A stretch of DNA of 64,000 nt from Ophelia neglecta (lineage: Eukaryota). Location: positions 104,036,001 through 104,100,000 of the forward strand of contig OZ260663.1 of the NCBI GenBank assembly GCA_965285935.1, given 5' to 3'. Of this stretch, positions 56,301 through 64,000 are shown piece after piece. The position numbers were made by a program, and so were the translations under genes. The number at the start of each line of letters is the position of its first letter. Within the stretch, counting starts at the first letter, position 1. Below the pieces are notes generated by a model. It made no database searches. It was not told where the DNA came from and saw only the letters and a list, made by a program, of their open reading frames with translations.

Positions 56301-56687
56301 TTGCCTCTCGGCCTCACGGCCATTAACGGCCTACAATGTCGAAAATCATTTTAAGATAATCAATTGTCGTGAGTCACCCGTTATGTGTTGGCCATGCACG
56401 TAATGACCAAGCGGTACTGCTCAATGTGCATATAATCATTTCATTATCTAATGATATAACATCCGGGTATTTTACATTTATCCCAAAATAAACTGATAAA
56501 TTCTAACCAGGATGTGCAAATATAACTGATCGAAAATGACACGATTCACCATCAGAGTGGGACGATTAGTGGTGTTTAAATCGAGCTTATCGATGAACGT
56601 GACCAATGTTTAGTGAATTTGCAATGAAACTAGGTTTTATAGCGTAACAGAGTGAACGACTTGTAATTTACAAAGCTACTAGCCATC

Positions 56688-59600
56688 ATGGCTGTCGTGC
56701 TTCCAACCATACTCTCAATTGTGATTGTTTATTGGACTTCTGTTAGAGTTGCAGGTACGTTTTTTATATAATCTATTTGTTTATGTTTGAGTCAGATTGT
56801 TATCAAACATCTAAGTACAGAGGTTTACGTTGTTACGTTGTTTGGTGTCTATTTCCTGCGTTAAGCCTCGGGCTGAATAAGCATAAACTATAGTGCCCTT
56901 CTGTATTTCATTTCGAATAACTTTCTATGAACTGATTATTAATCATTTGCCGAAAGACAGGTAAAAAATGCACAAATGAGGTTTTCTTTACTTGAATCAA
57001 TGGAATATGTATGCCATACGCAGCTTATTCATACCTATTTAAATCGCAAGTATTTCATCTTTTGTTGAAAGGCTCTGGCCCTAGTATCGCTACAGTCTCC
57101 ACTAAAATAGTGATGTATTTTTATAGGCAAGTACGAACAGTTTGTCGACATCGCAAAACAGACAGGCTTTAGGTATTAATACCCTTGTCAACGGGTACAA
57201 AGCATTGTGGACGTGATAAGATTTAATTGGCTCAATTATTATAATAAAATAGAAGTTTCCAAGCAGGATTCAATGTATGATCTACGTATATGACAGTTAA
57301 CTTACTGTGATGTTCTAAATGAGTCACCCCTTCCAACAAACAGTGATCAATAGTATGCACTGTATTACAACATGTGGTATTATAGCATGATAAATTGGGT
57401 TAGGCTAAGAATATTTCATGATCATTTACAAGTTTGCGAGTACTAGCCCAGTATAGGTCTGTGTATCGACCGAAAGTCCGCGTAATCGAAAAATAATTGC
57501 GGCGAGGTAGTAGTGCGACGAGATTGTCACTAGGTTTGAGGGAACTTGTGCCCAAGACCGGTGACAAAACTAAATATCGCCATATTACCATCTTATTTTT
57601 ATTCTTGTTGGTCTTATCCAAAAGCTGCTCTGTATGGGAAAAGGCTTTTCCTGTGCTTTGTGGACTTCATCAAGGCATCCGATCTCATTAACACGCATAT
57701 CCTCTGTTTTAAATTAATCGAATCGGGAATACACGGAAGGGTCATCGACACCCTCCGAAATCTTTTATACTAAAACCAGGTACAGAGTTAGGAGCACAGA
57801 GGGTATTACTGATCTCATTAAATGTCTGATTGGTTTAAACAAACCAGGGTGGAAATGTGAGTACCGATCTCTTCCTTGGATATTTGGCCGATAAGAAAGC
57901 CTATCAGGCTAGATCAGGAGGATCAGGGTATTGTTATTGATGAGGATCTGATCCTCTTACACATTTACTGTGGGCAGACGACCTTATTCTATTGTCTGAC
58001 TCAGCGAATGGTCTACAGTCTCAGGTCAATTGCCTATCTACATTTTGTTCAAAAATAAATGATTTTGGGAATATGTTTTGCAGCAGACAGTAAAAATGAA
58101 ATTAAATTTGGATTTGATCACGTTATTGAACGGGTTCAACAGTACAAATATATAGGCAATATTCTTCAAGTTACTGGTGATATTTTCAAATCACATTATG
58201 TATATTCAAAAGACAAGACGTTCAAGACAATGTTTGCATCTAGAGAATGTACAAAAGCATTTGGTAAGCTACCACTAAATGTTTCACTTTCTATATTTTA
58301 AACCTGTATTAAGCCAATACTTTTTGTATGGCAGTGAAATGTGTGGCTTCCGCCCATCTGCATGTAGTGTTTTGAATACCATTCACTTAGGTTATCTTAA
58401 GTATGAGCTTTGTGTAAAGGCATCTACTAGCACGTGTGCAGTGTATGGGGAGTGTGGAGAATTGCCTCTACATATTGATTATACAGCAACGTGATAACAT
58501 ATAAGATATTTATTAAGAACTTATTAAGAACTTATTTTACAATTAAAATGTCTTGTGTCCTGGAACCATACGTGAGACATATAAGTGATTTTAGTATCGA
58601 CAGGCGCTGTCGAAATGTCGTTTAAGTAGTCATAGTCTCGAAGTAGAAAGAGGCCGGCATACCAGGCCAAAGACTCGCTTACACCTGTGTATATGCAACT
58701 GTATGCGAATGTATTCACTATTCTTATATCTCAAACCTATTGAACATGATCCTATTTTTGACCTAAATCCCTCTCTCTTCCCGATTATCACATTACATGC
58801 TTTACTGTAATATAGGTTCTTGTCGATATGGCAATGACTCCGAAAATTGTGCGTTTCCATGTCGCTGTATCGATGGGATCTGCGACCCTGACACTGGAGA
58901 CTGTCGTCCTGGGGTGGAATGTGAAAGATGGAGTCCGGGTAATGTGCAGTGGACCGAGCCAGGATGCGGGTTTGGTAAGGTGTCTCCGTATTTATTTAAA
59001 ACAAAAACATGCATTCGATGATATGGAGGCAATTGCCCTGTGATCATTTCAGTGTTTCTATTTCGTGATACATATAACACAAAACAGTAAATAAAGCGAA
59101 ACCAGAAGATCAAGAATATGCTTCCCCATTCTTGTGGTATATGGAATAAATGTATGAACTAGTTTTCTTTTATCTGCCGGGCACAAACTTTAGTTGGTCT
59201 TCATGAAGTTGGGCCGTACTTAACGGTTGTTAAAACTATATACGCATTATCAAGGCAGTTGAAAGTATTCGTTTAAAAAGTGTACAATTGTTGTAAAGAC
59301 CAATGTGTTGTGTGACATGTCATGTGACATGCAACTAGAAAGAAAGAAGATAAAAGTATATTTAACGTTTCAGAAACCAAGCCCTATTTTAATACTTTGA
59401 TTAATTGAACTACAAATTACATCTGGATTCCTATAATTCACATGAAGTAATGTAACACAACAATTCATACAATAGATCAATCAATGCATTAATTAGTGAA
59501 TAGCTATATTATAAACACTGATTGTCAACATACTATGATTTGACGTCTGCTCTAACTTGAACAGGTAATGTGGCACTTGGTAAAGAAGCGTTGCAGAGTG

Positions 59601-62600
59601 ATTTTCAATACGGGAAAAAGAGACTGGCTAATCTTGCGGTAGATGGTATATCTACGGAGAGCACAGATGGTCAACACTGTTCATATATACAACAGGAACA
59701 AAACATGCTTTGGTGGATGGTGAGACTTGGACATCTGCATATTATAACGAGTGTATTAGTGTATGGTGGCCATGAAGGTATAATGCCCTGTACCATTTGA
59801 TATATCTATGAACATATATCTTAATTGGTGTTCAGGTCGGAATTTTAATCATCAAGTAAAGTATATCTGGCAGAATAAGGTTTAAATTGCAAACGATATG
59901 GCTTATTTCCAGGTTACCCGGTTAACTTTGTTACCAGCATAGGAAACTACTCCGATGACCCATTACTTAATGACTACTGTCAGTATAGTACACTCATCAA
60001 CAATAACAATACACAATACACGAACGTTACATGCTTACATGGCGCGCCTATCATCGGGAGTAACGTGGTGTTGCAGGTATTTGAAACTTCCGACTTAACA
60101 CTATGCGAGGTGGTTGTTATGGGACGAAGATATATAGGTAATTCACCTTTTTTCTAGGCATACATACATTAGAATGTTGAATATTTTATTTATATCAAAA
60201 CGTTGAGCTGACAGGACGACATATATAAAATATAAGGGCATAAGTCAGATAATTCACACTGGTTCTATCCCATATGCCACCACTAGCGATTAATACTATT
60301 CATTTAGCATTATTCAGCCCTATATTTTGAAATAGCCACGCTCGTTGATACCAACTGTAGGTAGTCTTAAACGAAATAATTCAGTTTTGAAATTGCCCCA
60401 AACAATTGTTACAAACAATTGCCAGAGACGTGGGAACACCCTTTGTACTCACTCAATGGACTTGGGAATAACAGTTCAGATTCTTCGTCTTGGCGTGGTC
60501 TTTGACTGATATAAGTGTATACCATTTTCTCCATTCTATTGTGTTATATATGTAGATTGCTCTGACTGTCCGGAGACCAGTACATGCGATGTCTACCATG
60601 GGTGTAGTAAGTGTCCTGATAGGTTTAAACTTCCCGACTGTAAAGGTAGGCAGTTAAGTCGACAGTGTTACGCAAACTTACAAGTCGATTTCAGTTGAAT
60701 TAGCCGTTTATGAACAGGTGTATGGCAAGTTTACAGTTGCTAAATAAACCAAACAAGCATTAGATATATAGAGCACATGTGACAAACCAAATTAATAGGA
60801 CAACATGATACGAAGCTACATGCTTAATGGTCTGTGTGATTTTGAGTACAGACGTGGAGTTAAAAATTAACAGATTTAACAGGCATGCCCAGAAAGTTTG
60901 TTTTACATTCCAAGAACATTCTCCTAACAAAGTAGTTTCTGATAAAGAATCGATTTTTACTAGCAAAGACTTCATAAAGACGCATGGGAAATAAGTCAAA
61001 AGGCTTCGAACGTATAATTGGATAGATGATAAGGGAATAATTTGATCTTAATTTGGACATGTGTTTCGCAAAGTTGTATATATTGGGTAAGGGAATACAT
61101 ATGGGTACCGTTTTCTTTGCCATTTTTGTCTTAGCATCGGTGCCTGCGTTCCCCACGCCATTTTCCTGTGCTGTGATAATGATATATAATATATACAAAG
61201 GTAGACCTTTTGTTTATTGTATTTCTTTATTTATTCAGAATGTGTTCCAGGGAAAGTTGGAAAGAATTGTTGCAGTCCACATTGTCTAAACGGGGCATGC
61301 GAAAAGAAGACAGGAGTCTGTACTGAGGGGTGTGCTTCTGATAGTAATATGATGACCTGGACTGGGGAGCAGTGTGATGTGCAAGCAAGTAAGTACAACA
61401 CTACTCTTAATTGATATAGGTCCGTTGACAAAGCACACGCCACTTTGAGAAAGTGGGTAGCGTACCCACATTGTGGAGGAATGTCATGTCATTGCGATCT
61501 GATAACATCAGGTACAGACGTATTGTAAGAGCAGAAGCCACCTTCTCGACATTCCCTGGAAGGTAATTCAGAAAGCCAAAGACGTCATATGGTATTGAAA
61601 TGCTTCTTTATTGGTATGATAAGACACCAAAAATTCAAGACTCCCCTCAAGACTGGGTAAGAATCCCATGAAATCGTCTGGCATACATCAGGTATGACAT
61701 CACCGTAAGCGTTTGCAATGCTTTGCAACAAGCATTGAACACTCATTGCGCACACTGTAGATGCAAACGTTATCCCGGAAGGGGTTAAAGTTTGGCATAG
61801 ATTATTTTCATTTTATTTTCTATTCATCACTCCCCTGCCAACCGACTCATTGACTGGCACTCTCACTGTCTTTGCTTTATCCTAGTCGTTCGTAGACTGT
61901 GCTTTATCTAGGGCTTTATAATCATAGAAATATTATTCACTGATCGATTTGTTCAGAGGCATGTCTCATACCATAGACTATTTAAACCGCTTCTTATTGT
62001 ACCCATTTGTACTCTAATGTTAACTCTAATGAATTCCTGTTCAAACAAAGCTAAAGATTTAATCATGAAGAGCCCATTTAATCCGTCTGATATCATCAGG
62101 AAACAGTAGCCACAGGGCTACCTATGTAAAGGTATAGAACCTGGGGATTGATACTTGTGGGCCTGAAATGAATCATTCTTGAGTATTGACTTTAGCTCTG
62201 TCTGCCGGGATTCCATTTTTTACTGTTTTTGCAGATGCTACGACGAAGAATCCGCTACAGACAACTACAAATGAAAAAACGACAACCTTACCAGCAATAA
62301 GAACCTCGAAGACAATACCAAATATAACACAATCCACGACACCACCATCGAGTGACGGCAGCAAGACCAGTAGTGTATCATCAAGCGGGGCGACCGTGAA
62401 GGGCGATCCGTCATCGCAGGGCTCAGGAGTAAGCGCGGCTGTGATTGGTGGAGCTACTGCCGGTGTCGTGGTTTTCGTGGCAGTTATAGCGGGATTAATG
62501 GTTTGTCTAGGGTGTGTGGCTTTCTAACGTCCTAATTTATGTGTTGAAAACATACTATCACACGCAAAGTCGATACACAACGTCATATACCTTTAATTTC

Positions 62601-63741
62601 TCTTCACACGAAGAACAATTATTTCATGGAAAGGGCGTTCCTGTTCACTTCCTGGAGACAGGAAACGTGAATGTAGACTTAATGCACATGTTACTTTCTT
62701 TTGAAAAAGAAAGATATAATGGGCCGGTTTGTTGGCTGTTATGTTCCCACCCCCACTCCAACCCACCCCCTCCCGTAATCACGCTCCAAACACAAAGACA
62801 AGCACACAACCGCGGCAAACATTATGGATACTAACTTAGCTACTATAAGGGCCCGGAAACTTGATGCTTATCTACTGTTAGGGTCATGAGACTTTATGCT
62901 TACCCCCCTTTTTTATTCTAATGGAAACTAAATTGTCTCAGCGCGAGATGTTAGGGGTGTGATATGAACCTGCCTAGGACAACTTGTGTTCTTGCTAATT
63001 ACCTAGCAAGCCGTGACTCATATGGCGTTATATCTGACAAACATATTCCCATCATGTGGGTTTATAAAAGAAAGTGCTACTTAGTTAGGGTCAGGCTCGT
63101 CCACATTGTTCCTGCCCAAAAAAAGGTGCGGTTTGTAATTCCTCCCAGGAATAGGCATTTAGGACAATGTAAAATTGATGACAAAACAAAAATATATTGC
63201 TTTAATATGAAGGAGGAGGGGGAGGGGGGAAGGGGGGAGGCCGGGGCTACGAATGAGTTGGAATACCTCGCAACATCCTGTCATTATTGTGTTTTTTTTA
63301 GGGGGGGGGGGGGGAGAGTTAGTCGTCTAGTTTTTCTTTGTATGCATGTTTGTTGTAGTTCATTTTGAATAATTTCCTAATTATTGAAATCACACCTGCT
63401 ATATTAAGTCGTTTTTGGTATCTTCATCTTCGAAACAGATTATATCTCTATTAATGTCACGAAATGACCTTTGAATACATTAATTCTGTTCAAAGTACAA
63501 TTGCCCAACATTTTCAGGATGTATATTAGAAAATTAAGGAAGATGAAGACTCAGATAGAGCGCCCGGGTTCTGCCTCTCAAAACACCGGTAGAGACCTCG
63601 GCCATGACTCTGGTCATTCCCCAATACCGTCATCTCCACTGTACAAAGATAACGACGAGCTGCAGCAAACGACCTTTGGCATTCAGGACGAACGAGCGCA
63701 TGCGTATGAGCTACCAGAAATATCAACTACCAACCAGTATG
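56688..63741 (+). CDS. Receptor C: signal-EGF-F-type lectin (fucolectin/F5-8C fold)-EGF-EGF-mucin-TM receptor with tyrosine-motif tail; last exon beyond the window
   Basis: In-frame GT-AG exons: 56688-56754 (MAVVLPTILSIVIVYWTSVRVA), 58816-58974 (EGF-like), 59565-59777 (NVALGKEALQS...ANLAVDG...C...WWMVRL), 59913-60137 (...C...C...LTLCEVVV), 60556-60645 (Cys-rich), 61239-61388 (EGF-like), 62235-62511 (T/S stalk + TM AVIGGATAGVVVFVAVIAGLMVCLG), 63518-63741 (LYKDND, AYELP, NQY). No stops or frameshifts found. Confidence 0.88.
57600..58490 (+). mobile_element. Degenerate non-LTR (LINE) reverse transcriptase fragment in intron 1 of receptor C
   Basis: Across frames: LFLCFVDFIKASDLI...KLIESGIHG, LLWADDLILLS, VQQYKYIG, LYGSEMCG and AVYGECGELPL. 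Confidence 0.85.
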
Positions 63742-64000
63742 GTAAATGCAGTTTTTTATTTTTGACGTTTTTCCAACAAATTCATACACCAATATCTATT
63801 ATAAAGATTTTATTCCCATATATTTTTCTTTTGACTGTTGATCAGGTAGAGAATCTGCGTCCGCGTAAAAGAGTACATATTTTACATGTCAGATTTATAA
63901 GACTTACAACATGCAATACGATTGTAGATAGTCAAGCACCATTCTGCATAAATTCATGACTCTATGTGGTGAATAATAATACATTTGAGGTATCATTCTT

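Overview
AT-rich, intron-containing animal genomic DNA. The gene content suggests a marine invertebrate (lophotrochozoan-like), but this is an inference. The core of the window is a + strand tandem cluster of related type-I membrane receptor genes built from phase-1 exon modules. Receptor A (5791-9135) is signal-EGF-FN3-mucin-TM-tyrosine-motif tail. Receptor B (14336-27698) is signal-EGF-FN3-EGF-FN3-mucin-TM-tail. Receptor C (56688 to beyond the window) is signal-EGF-F-type lectin-EGF-EGF-mucin-TM-tail and is the only one with intact reading frames. The tails carry ITAM-like and ITIM-like YxxI/L motifs. Between B and C lie a receptor-type tyrosine phosphatase (TM-D1-D2; 31103-44646) and an intronless class A GPCR with one premature stop. 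The phosphatase has no recognisable 5' exons of its own, carries nonsense and frameshift lesions, and has a ~5.3 kb internal tandem duplication. Mobile DNA comprises a decayed DIRS/Ngaro-type tyrosine-recombinase retroelement (1-~2000), a very young BEL/Pao LTR retrotransposon (17089-24219, minus strand, apparently identical LTRs, 5-bp TSD) inside receptor B, LINE fragments, a MITE and several tandem repeats. The overall picture is a birth-and-death, exon-shuffled locus of putative innate-immune or recognition receptors linked to a phosphatase. All gene models were read by eye from splice signals and frame continuity; no database searches were run.
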